64,000 nt of DNA. Origin: Candidatus Anstonellales archaeon (GTDB lineage: Archaea; Micrarchaeota; Micrarchaeia; Anstonellales; J096). How positions within the stretch are numbered: position 1 is the first letter of the stretch; every line of letters begins with the position of its first letter. Positions 10,285 to 17,952 of this stretch are shown here, piece after piece. The translations under genes and the position numbers were made by a program. Below the pieces are notes generated by a model. It was not told the origin of the DNA, ran no database searches, and was given only the letters and a program-made list of their open reading frames with translations. Location: contig JAWAFD010000002.1 in NCBI GenBank assembly GCA_038890745.1, positions 128,001 to 192,000 of the forward strand. The letters run 5' to 3'.

Positions 10285-11244
10285 ATGGCGGATATGAAAA
10301 ACATACTGGTTATCGGCGCTACAGGTCAGATAGGGTCTGACCTTGTGCCGGAGTTAAGAAAAATCTACGGAAATGAGCACGTTGTTGCGGTTGGAAGCAA
10401 AACACCACCGAGCGAGGAGCTGAAAAAGGGACCTTTTGAGTTTGCAGATGCAACGGATAAAAAAGCATTGGAGGCGCTTGTGAAAAAATATGATATAGAT
10501 ACAATCTATCATTTGGCTTCGCTCCTATCTGCGAAAGGGGAGCAAAATCCGGATTTGGCATGGCATGTGAACATGCAGAGCTTGAAGAATGTTCTTGATC
10601 TGGCAAAGGAGTACAAGCTCACGAGGGTTTTCTGGCCAAGCTCTATTGCTGCCTTTGGGCCAACAACACCGCGTGACAAAACCCCGCAGAGAACGATTTT
10701 GGAGCCAACAACAATGTACGGTGTTACGAAGGTTTCGGGTGAGCTCCTCTGCCAATATTATTTCTATAAATATGGGGTGGATGTTAGAAGCCTAAGATAC
10801 CCGGGTTTGATAAGCTACAAGGCACTGCCGGGCGGAGGGACAACGGATTATGCTGTTGCAATCTACTATGAAGCATTGCAGCACAAAAAATATACTTGTT
10901 TTGTGAGGGAGGATACTGTCCTGCCGATGATGTACATGGATGATGCAATAAGGGGGACGATTCAGCTGATGAAAGCGCCGGCATCAAAAATAACGGTTAG
11001 AACAAGCTATAATTTTGCAGCCATAAGCTTTTCTGCAAAAGAGCTTGCCGAATCTGTTAAGAAATACATTCCGGAATTTAGATGCGAATACAAGCCGGAT
11101 TTCAGGCAGAAGATTGCTGATTCCTGGCCTAAAACAATAGACGATTCGCAGGCAAGAAAGGACTGGGGATGGAGGCATGAATACACGCTCGACAAGATGA
11201 CAAAAGTGATGCTGGAAAAATTAAGGGAAAAGCTTGGTGCGTGA
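10285..11244 (+). CDS. tdh: L-threonine 3-dehydrogenase (extended SDR type)
   Basis: GATGQIG, YHLASLLSA, PSSIAAFG, YGVTK, PGGGTTDYAV, RQKIADSWP. Confidence 0.88.
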   Translation: MADMKNILVIGATGQIGSDLVPELRKIYGNEHVVAVGSKTPPSEELKKGPFEFADATDKKALEALVKKYDIDTIYHLASLLSAKGEQNPDLAWHVNMQSLKNVLDLAKEYKLTRVFWPSSIAAFGPTTPRDKTPQRTILEPTTMYGVTKVSGELLCQYYFYKYGVDVRSLRYPGLISYKALPGGGTTDYAVAIYYEALQHKKYTCFVREDTVLPMMYMDDAIRGTIQLMKAPASKITVRTSYNFAAISFSAKELAESVKKYIPEFRCEYKPDFRQKIADSWPKTIDDSQARKDWGWRHEYTLDKMTKVMLEKLREKLGA

Positions 11245-11261
11245 GTAGCCGATTGCCCCAT

Positions 11262-11309
11262 TGTAACCATGGTTACACTGGAACCCAGGCCCCCAAACCT
11301 TTTTAAATA
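11262..11309 (+). promoter_or_regulatory. Palindromic operator TGTAACCATGGTTACA plus BRE/TATA (ACCTTTTTAAATA) of the DUF736-radA operon
   Basis: Perfect 16-bp palindrome 11262-11277; second copy with identical spacing at 17219. Confidence 0.7.
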
Positions 11310-11390
11310 CCCAAAACAATATCTTCTCAGAACGCCAAAAAATACCCGTTTTTTGGCGGGCGGCCGAGGGGAAGGCCGGAGGTAGAAAAA

Positions 11391-11645
11391 ATGGATGAAT
11401 TTGAGGAAATAGAAAGTAAGGAAGTGGATTTAGAGACCGCGAGTGAGCCAGCACCTGAAGAGAAAAAAGTCGCAAACCGCCCGGATTTTAGAATTCTGCA
11501 ACCGAGCACAGACAAAGATGGAAAGCCCATCCTAAAAAGCGTTGGAGCGATGTGGAAGGCTACGAGTAAGAGCGGGCAGGAGTTCTATGTAATGAAAATA
11601 GGCGAGCTGCGACTCCTTGTTTTCAAGAACGAGCCCAGAGAGTAG
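11391..11645 (+). CDS. DUF736-like small protein
   Basis: RPDFRI...[16 protein letters not shown] motif; GGAGG RBS; 8 bp before radA. Confidence 0.65.
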   Translation: MDEFEEIESKEVDLETASEPAPEEKKVANRPDFRILQPSTDKDGKPILKSVGAMWKATSKSGQEFYVMKIGELRLLVFKNEPRE

Positions 11646-11653
11646 GTGGAAGC

Positions 11654-12619
11654 ATGGCAAAGGAAAAGGAGGATAAATACAAAGTAATAAGGGATTTGGA
11701 AGACCTTCCGGGAATAGGTGAAACAACAGCAGAAAGACTGAGGCAGGCAGGATACACAGAAATAGAACAGATCGCAACCGCAAACCCACACGAGCTTAGT
11801 GAGGTTGCAGAGCTCGGTGTTGAGGCTGCGAAGAAAGCGATCGAGGCAGCTAAAAAAGCGATAGAGGTTGAGTTCGAAACCGCCTTTAGTATGCTTGAGA
11901 GAAGGCAGAACATAGGAAGGATAACAACAGGCTCAAAAAAGCTTGATGAGCTGCTTGGAGGAGGGATTGAAACCCAATCCCTTACAGAGTTTTTTGGAAA
12001 GTTTGCGAGCGGAAAAAGTCAGATTGGGTTTCAGCTCTGCGTAAATGCGCAGCTTCCTCCTGATAAAGGAGGGCTTGGCGGGAAGGTGATTTTCATAGAT
12101 TCTGAAAGCACGTTTAGGCCTGATAGGGTAAAACAAATGGCAGAGGCAGCTGGCCTTGACCCAAAAACAGTTCTCGAAAACATATTTGTTCAAAAAGCAG
12201 AGAACAGCGACCATCAGATTCTCCTTGTTGAGAAAGCAGACCAGCTCATAAAAACCGAGAATGTCAAGCTCCTTATAATCGATTCCCTCACAAGCCATTT
12301 CAGGGCGGATTACATAGGAAGAGGGGCTTTGGGGGAGAGGCAGCAGAAGCTCAACCAGCATGTCCACAAACTCCAAAAGCTCGCGGATAAATATAATATC
12401 GCAGTGTATTTCACAAACCAAGTAATGGACAACCCAGCCATAATGTTCGGTGATCCAACCCAACCTATCGGCGGCCATGTGCTCGCGCATGCAGCAACAT
12501 ACCGGGTTTATCTCAGAAAGAGCAAGGACGATAAGAGGATCGCAAGGCTCGTAGATTCCCCGAACCTTCCGGAAAGAGAGGTTGTGTTCAGGGTAACCGC
12601 GGAGGGCATAAAAGACTGA
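11654..12619 (+). CDS. radA: DNA repair and recombination protein RadA
   Basis: Hh[66 protein letters not shown]. Confidence 0.97.
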   Translation: MAKEKEDKYKVIRDLEDLPGIGETTAERLRQAGYTEIEQIATANPHELSEVAELGVEAAKKAIEAAKKAIEVEFETAFSMLERRQNIGRITTGSKKLDELLGGGIETQSLTEFFGKFASGKSQIGFQLCVNAQLPPDKGGLGGKVIFIDSESTFRPDRVKQMAEAAGLDPKTVLENIFVQKAENSDHQILLVEKADQLIKTENVKLLIIDSLTSHFRADYIGRGALGERQQKLNQHVHKLQKLADKYNIAVYFTNQVMDNPAIMFGDPTQPIGGHVLAHAATYRVYLRKSKDDKRIARLVDSPNLPEREVVFRVTAEGIKD

Positions 12620-12648
12620 TTTTTAAATCTTCTTTTTCTTTTTCTTTT

Positions 12649-13326
12649 ATGAAAATAAAAATACTTTTCAACAAAAAAAAGCCATGGGCAAGAATGCTTG
12701 CAAAAAAAATAAAACTCTTTCTCAAAGCAAAAGGGTGCAGGTTTGGAAAGGGTGCGGATGCAACCATCCTCATAGGTGGGGATGGAACTATTTTTTATAA
12801 TAAAAAAAATATAGAGGGAAAAGTTGTTGGGATAGGGAGCGAAAAAAGCAAGGTTTGTCAGTTGAGAAAAGAGGAGTGGGAAAGGGTTTATGGTTTGTTG
12901 AAAGGAAAAATAGAAGATAGGATAACGCTCGATGTTTTTCTGAATGGAAAAAAGGTTGGTTGGGCAATAAATGATGCTGTTCTTCGCACAAGAAATTTCA
13001 GAATATTAAAAATAGATGTTTCGGTGGATGGAACAGCATTCTCATTTCATGGTGATGGTTTGATAGTTTCAACCCCAACCGGCTCGACTGCTTATGCACT
13101 TTCAGAATACGGTGCAATTCTCCAACCTGGCCTGACTGCATACGAGCTCGTTCCTCTTGCTCCTTATATGCGTTCTGTTTTTCCATTTGTTACGGATAAA
13201 AAAACAAGAATCACATTTTCAGGAACAGCAAGCCTAGTTCTTGACGGGCAAGAGGTAATAAAACTAAAATCGAACGATGTAATAGAAATAAAAATCGGGA
13301 AGAAAATTCCGTTCGCTGTTTTTTAG
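12649..13326 (+). CDS. nadK: NAD(+) kinase
   Basis: IGGDGT, AIND, GDGLIVSTPTGSTAYALS, LDGQ. Confidence 0.9.
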   Translation: MKIKILFNKKKPWARMLAKKIKLFLKAKGCRFGKGADATILIGGDGTIFYNKKNIEGKVVGIGSEKSKVCQLRKEEWERVYGLLKGKIEDRITLDVFLNGKKVGWAINDAVLRTRNFRILKIDVSVDGTAFSFHGDGLIVSTPTGSTAYALSEYGAILQPGLTAYELVPLAPYMRSVFPFVTDKKTRITFSGTASLVLDGQEVIKLKSNDVIEIKIGKKIPFAVF

Positions 13327-13502
13327 TTTCCCTTCCACCCCCTATCTTATCAGGAGCCAAGGAGGGACTTAAGCATATTCTTATTCCCCCCTCACGCTTC
13401 TACCCCCCTATCTTATACTAGCAAAAATGAGGGGGGTTACGGAGGAGCCTCAAACCTAGGGGGGACACTTCCCCCCTGGGTTCGGGGGGTAGTAGAGTAA
13501 GG

Positions 13503-13583
13503 TGATGCGGTGAAACAAGTGCGACCCAAAAGTTTAGGTGGGTTGGGTCGCACCGAAGCCCTCTGGGTTGTTTCACCGCATCA
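13503..13583. mobile_element. 81-bp palindromic element, copy 1
   Basis: 16-bp IR TGATGCGGTGAAACAA/TTGTTTCACCGCATCA; inner GTGCGACCCAA/TTGGGTCGCAC hairpin; near-identical copy at 35260-35340. Confidence 0.8.
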
Positions 13584-13758
13584 GGGGGTCTGAGAAAAAG
13601 ATAAAGCACCCCCTAGTCTAGGGTTAGAAAAAGAAAGGGGGTAGTAGAGTAAGGGGGTCTGAGAAAAAGATAAAGCACCCCCTAGTCTAGGGTTAGAAAA
13701 AGAAAGGGGGTAGTAGAGTAAGGGGGTCTGAGAAAAAGATAAAGCACCCCCTAGTCTA
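13584..13758. repeat. 69-bp tandem repeat, about 2.5 copies
   Basis: GGGGGTCTGAGAAAAAGATAAAGCACCCC starts at 13584, 13653 and 13722. Confidence 0.9.
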
Positions 13759-13759
13759 A

Positions 13760-13882
13760 TGGACCCAGGGGGATTTCCAAACCCTTTTCCGCTAAAGCGC
13801 TTTTAGGCAGCCCAAAAAGGGCTTTTTGAACCCCCAGCCTCCCGAGTGCAAGTCGGGTGCTCTACCGTTGAGCTATAGGCCC
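13760..13882 (-). tRNA. tRNA-Ala(TGC) with 51-nt intron at position 59/60 (intron 13774-13824)
   Basis: GGGCCTA acceptor, GCTC/GAGC D arm, CCCGA-CTTGCAC-TCGGG anticodon arm; BHB GGGGG-TTCA-AAA / TGGA-AAT-CCCCC restores the T loop TTCAAAT. Confidence 0.93.
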
Positions 13883-13932
13883 ATCTAAATGTGAGTAATA
13901 TGAATAGAAAGAAATAAATAAAAATGTTTGAG

Positions 13933-16119
13933 TTATGCGATTCTATCTGGCAATGGCTCTACTCCTCTCCAAAACATGTTCGGGTTGCCAATTATAGCAG
14001 TGTATTTTGTCTCCCATGGCCATTTTTGTTCGAGCGGTATTCTCATTTTTTTGAAGTTCAGCTCAATTATTAATCTGTTTAGGAGCATCATTAGATGGTC
14101 TCTTTCCCCTCTTGCATCGGGCGTTGATGGTACACTCGCCAGTTTTTCTAATAGTTTGATTATTTTTTCTTCACTTGCCAGCCCACCGTTTATCTCTCCA
14201 CCGGATCTTACAAGGTCTGCTCTCAAGACTATGAGCACATACACGGCGACATCAGGATTTTTTGAATAGTTTTCTTCTAATATTTCTGCAACAATCCCTA
14301 CAAGACCTGTTTTGTTATAGTTTGTTCCGAGCGCAGAGCATAGGAACGCAACCTTTTTCATTAATTCGTAGTCTTTCTTCTCCTTTGCGTAATTATATAT
14401 TAAATTCACTGTTGAGACAAGATTATCCGCTTCTGCTTGTGTTAGGAGATTAGCTTTTGCAAGCCATGCGTAATATTCCGCTAAACCAGGATATGCCTTC
14501 TTTATTTCCTTATCCTCACTTTCCAACATTTTTTTGATCTCCTCAGGTACAACTGATGTTGTCGGTTTTTCATTTAGATTACCATTTTTATCAACTCCCA
14601 AGTTTGGTGAACGGTATTCGTTAGGTGTTGTACCGCTTTCTTTACCATACCTGTTTTTTCCTAGGATAATCAATAGATAGTTTAGAACACTTCCTGACCC
14701 ATTCCCCTCCTTTTTCCTATATTCTTCATCGGTTATTCTTTTTATCTCCTTTATAGTGACGCCCTCTATCCCACCTATATGATAGGTGAGGGGCTCTTTC
14801 TCATTGTAAAGATACAAGGCCTTTGCTGTCCCTTCTCTAAGTTCAACATTCTTGCTGTTTTCAAGTTGATCTATAAATACACCAACGGATTCATCAAAAA
14901 CATTTCTTCCGAGGGCTTCTGCTGCCGCGTTCCTTACATCTACTTTCTCCTTCTCGTTTTTGTATATATCAACCAGCTGCCTAAGATAGCTTGTTCTAGT
15001 ATTTTTATCCCCCACACACTCAAGAAGCCTTCCAAGAGCTTTTATCGCTCCTATCTTTTCCTCGTTATTGCTTGAACTTATTCTATCAGAAAATGTTTTA
15101 ACTGGAAGTTCCCCTCCTTTTACGATATATAATTCTGCAAGGACTTGATTCATAACTCCCTTTGTTTTTTCGTTAGCAGAGTTGTACTGGTTATTTATAT
15201 TAGTTATCATTGTATTAGCTTCATCAGGAGATATCCTGCCTTTTTTGATTGATTCTATAAGCACCTCTCCCATAAGCTCAGGGTAGTGTCCATTTACTAA
15301 TCTTGTGAGTGCTGCATCCCTTGTTTCTTTTGATTGTAGGATGTCTGTTTTTTCTATGGATTTTACAATACAAGTAATGATGTCCTTTCGGTGTTCATTC
15401 CTTAGCCTATTTAGAAGGATATCTCTCATTTCTGGATCCCCATTTATAAGATAGTAGTTCACTGCGATATCTAGATATGTTTTTATTTTTTCAACATTTC
15501 CTTCTCTGTCCATTACACCTGGGAGTGCATAAGGAGTTGACTTCATCATGTAGAGAGATTTATAGGCTTGGTTGACTACATCCTTATCTTCATCAAATAT
15601 CCTTTTGAGAATGTTTTCAGCAGCCGCTTTCGTATCAACGTAGATTGCTGCATCCATAGCACCTATTGCTATTATTTTGTCTTTGTCATTTATCGCATTC
15701 TCAACTTCCCTTGCTGCTTTTTTTGGGTCTACAAGAGCCATCCCTCTTAGAAATTCAACCCTACTCTCTTTTTGCAGTCCCCCGTTCTTCCATGCAGAGT
15801 AGAATATTGAATAAACATCATCAGCATTGCTTTTGTATTCATTGGAGTTTAGATCAAGATATCTTCCGCCCTTTGCATCCGCTGCAGTTTTTTCTATCGC
15901 TTTTCTTAACTCCTCTATCTTAACGCTTCCACCATCAATTGCTGTCTTAATAATTTTCCAGTAGTATTTTTGCTCGGTTTGTTCCTGGGTTTCGGTAGCT
16001 TGTTCGTTTGTCTCTGCGTGTAGTGGAGCTGGAGAAATTAGAGTAGAAGCAGTTAAAATAGAAATGAGAGCAAGCCTTGACCCACCTTTATTCCTAATTC
16101 TACCTAGATTTCCCCCCAT
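13933..16119 (-). CDS. Secreted HEAT/ARM-like repeat protein
   Basis: N-terminal hydrophobic segment ending PLHA; VRNAAAEALGR, LREGTAKAL, KIGAIKALGR. Confidence 0.7.
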   Translation of the reverse strand: MGGNLGRIRNKGGSRLALISILTASTLISPAPLHAETNEQATETQEQTEQKYYWKIIKTAIDGGSVKIEELRKAIEKTAADAKGGRYLDLNSNEYKSNADDVYSIFYSAWKNGGLQKESRVEFLRGMALVDPKKAAREVENAINDKDKIIAIGAMDAAIYVDTKAAAENILKRIFDEDKDVVNQAYKSLYMMKSTPYALPGVMDREGNVEKIKTYLDIAVNYYLINGDPEMRDILLNRLRNEHRKDIITCIVKSIEKTDILQSKETRDAALTRLVNGHYPELMGEVLIESIKKGRISPDEANTMITNINNQYNSANEKTKGVMNQVLAELYIVKGGELPVKTFSDRISSSNNEEKIGAIKALGRLLECVGDKNTRTSYLRQLVDIYKNEKEKVDVRNAAAEALGRNVFDESVGVFIDQLENSKNVELREGTAKALYLYNEKEPLTYHIGGIEGVTIKEIKRITDEEYRKKEGNGSGSVLNYLLIILGKNRYGKESGTTPNEYRSPNLGVDKNGNLNEKPTTSVVPEEIKKMLESEDKEIKKAYPGLAEYYAWLAKANLLTQAEADNLVSTVNLIYNYAKEKKDYELMKKVAFLCSALGTNYNKTGLVGIVAEILEENYSKNPDVAVYVLIVLRADLVRSGGEINGGLASEEKIIKLLEKLASVPSTPDARGERDHLMMLLNRLIIELNFKKMRIPLEQKWPWETKYTAIIGNPNMFWRGVEPLPDRIA

Positions 16120-16182
16120 GTTCTCACGTTTTATAGTTATGCTGTTTAGTGTTTAAAAATGTTTCTATTTTTACTTGGTTTT

Positions 16183-16752
16183 CTATTTTCTGCAAAAAAC
16201 AAGATATGCCGTATGGAACAACCCAAAGTGTTGTGGTCGTGTTCCTTTCTCTCTTACCTCATACTCCCTTACTATGTTTTCCAGCATAAAAACCTCTTCA
16301 AAAATTTTTTCAGCAGCAAGATAGAACTCTTTTGCCTGTTCTATGTTTGGCAGATAGGCAACAGCGTATCCGCATTTTTTTAGAGAAGAGTAAACATTTT
16401 CCAAAAGCAAAACTGCTTCTGGCGTATCCAACGTAATCAAATCAACTTCTTTTTCCTCTATTCCCTCCTTTGCATCCTTTATCTTTATTTCAACATTCTC
16501 CAAACCAACCTTTTCGCAGTTTTTCTTAATTATCTCTGCGAACTCCCGCCTTCTTTCGTATGTAACTACTTTTTTTGCTATCCTGGCCAAACTTAAAGCA
16601 AGAAATCCGCTTCCCCCGCCGATATCTACAACAAAGCTCTCCCTATTCACGCCGGCATACGCTGCGATCATCCCAAAATCCTTTGGCAGGACAACAGCCG
16701 GACCTCTCTTAAGCTTTTTCAGAAAATCGTTAAGCCTTGGTTTTACTCTCAT
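16183..16752 (-). CDS. trmI: tRNA (adenine-N1)-methyltransferase TrmI/GCD14, short form
   Basis: KRGPAVVLPKD, VDIGGGSG, YERR, LDTP, YLPNIEQ, TRPQ...HTAYLVF. Confidence 0.85.
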   Translation of the reverse strand: MRVKPRLNDFLKKLKRGPAVVLPKDFGMIAAYAGVNRESFVVDIGGGSGFLALSLARIAKKVVTYERRREFAEIIKKNCEKVGLENVEIKIKDAKEGIEEKEVDLITLDTPEAVLLLENVYSSLKKCGYAVAYLPNIEQAKEFYLAAEKIFEEVFMLENIVREYEVREKGTRPQHFGLFHTAYLVFCRK

Positions 16753-17180
16753 TTTTTCCCGTACTCAATAAGCTTTTTTTCAAGTTTTTTATCCGATAGG
16801 GCAAGGATTCTTGCTGCTAAAAGGGCAGCGTTTTTTCCATTGTCTATTCCAACCGAAGCAACGGGCACTCCCGGCGGCATCTGTACTATGCTTAGAAGGG
16901 CATCCATGCCCATAAGTTTTGCGCTCACCGGCACACCTATCACAGGAACTTTTGTTTTGCTTGCGATAAAACCAGGAAGTGCAGCGCTCAATCCAGCAAC
17001 AGCAATTATTACATCCGCAAATGTTGTTTTTACAATTTTATCAACCCTCTCCGGCTCACGATGTGCAGATGCATACTCAACCTTGTACTCTATCCCAAGC
17101 TCATCAAGAACCTCTTCTATTTTTTTCACTATTTCTCCATCACTCTTGCTTCCTGCAACGATAAGAATTTTCTCTGCCAT
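16749..17180 (-). CDS. purE: N5-CAIR mutase / AIR carboxylase PurE
   Basis: GSKSD, SAHREP, AGLSAALPG, PVIGVPV, QMPPGVPVASVG, NAALLA. Confidence 0.95.
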   Translation of the reverse strand: MAEKILIVAGSKSDGEIVKKIEEVLDELGIEYKVEYASAHREPERVDKIVKTTFADVIIAVAGLSAALPGFIASKTKVPVIGVPVSAKLMGMDALLSIVQMPPGVPVASVGIDNGKNAALLAARILALSDKKLEKKLIEYGKK

Positions 17181-17218
17181 AAGAATATCTTCCGTGTTGT
17201 TCTTTTAAACTTTTGTTT

Positions 17219-17266
17219 TGTAACTATAGTTACATTGGAACCGAAGTCTCCCCACCTTTTTAAATA
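17219..17266 (+). promoter_or_regulatory. Palindromic operator TGTAACTATAGTTACA plus BRE/TATA
   Basis: Palindrome 17219-17234; ACCTTTTTAAATA starts 35 bp after the palindrome start, same as at 11262. Confidence 0.7.
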
Positions 17267-17294
17267 GAGGAAAGCTCACCACTCTGGTGAAAGC

Positions 17295-17402
17295 ATGAAG
17301 ATAGATGTCTCAAACCTCACCCCCCAAGAGCTTTATTCCCTTTTTGAAGGGGTTGAGCTGGAAATAGAGAATTTCGGAGGGAAGGTTATCCTTTCCCTCT
17401 GA
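17295..17402 (+). CDS. Small 35-aa protein MKIDVSNLTPQELYSLFEGVELEIENFGGKVILSL
   Basis: GGTGA RBS, upstream TATA, T-rich tract after stop; below the ORF-track cutoff. Confidence 0.6.
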   Translation: MKIDVSNLTPQELYSLFEGVELEIENFGGKVILSL

Positions 17403-17413
17403 CCTTTTATTTT

Positions 17414-17917
17414 TTAACCTCCTTCTTCTGTTAGTTTTTTATTCAACTTATACACAAACTCCTCAAAATCTATCTTTGCCTGTTTGCATGCTTCGGCTAT
17501 AGTTGTCCTCTTTCCAAATGCCTTCCTTACAACCGGGTTCTGCACTCCTTTTATTCCTGCCTCAACAAAGTCTTCAAGCAGCTGAGGATATTTTTCCAAA
17601 ACATCATAAAGTTTGTCGCTCGGCTTTATGTATTCCTTAACTTCAACGCGTGGCTCATGTATTCTCTCTCTTTCTCCGTATTCCGGCTTCTCGAAAACAA
17701 CCCTATGTCTTCCCTTCCCCATTTTTTTGATTGTTTCGCTTACCTCCTCTATTGATTCCTCTTCACCGAATTCATGGTACTCCGGTATTTTGTATTCTTC
17801 AGTTTTTGTTTTCCTGAACAAAATTCTGTACAGTACATATGCAATCAGGAGCACACCAAGAGCAAACGATATTACCGCTATCTCGCTTGCCACATAACCA
17901 CCGCTAAATTTAGACAA
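17414..17917 (-). CDS. Membrane-anchored protein with C-terminal DUF1858-like domain
   Basis: TM helix; LYDVLEKYPQL..F...G...NP..R...TIAEAC. Confidence 0.65.
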   Translation of the reverse strand: MSKFSGGYVASEIAVISFALGVLLIAYVLYRILFRKTKTEEYKIPEYHEFGEEESIEEVSETIKKMGKGRHRVVFEKPEYGERERIHEPRVEVKEYIKPSDKLYDVLEKYPQLLEDFVEAGIKGVQNPVVRKAFGKRTTIAEACKQAKIDFEEFVYKLNKKLTEEGG

Positions 17918-17952
17918 ACAACATTTATAAACTTTATATATAACTCTTGATT

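Larger units (their letters stand above)
13332..13759 (-). repeat. tRNA-Ala 3' trailer of G5-6/C5-6 run hairpin modules
   Basis: 13332-13502 equals the reverse complement of 35548-35718 (2 mismatches found in 171 bp); starts TTAGACTAGGGGGT at the tRNA 3' end, as in tRNA-Leu. Confidence 0.85.

Noticed and set aside
11996..12022. Inactive RadA because of Walker A variant GKFASGKS
   Set aside because: GxxxxGK(S/T) is intact and the other motifs are conserved
13418..13609. 63-aa ORF in the tRNA-Ala trailer
   Set aside because: Low-complexity product spanning the repeat and palindromic element; no support for coding
13584..13758. CRISPR array
   Set aside because: The 69-bp units are identical end to end with no unique spacers, and there are no cas genes in the window
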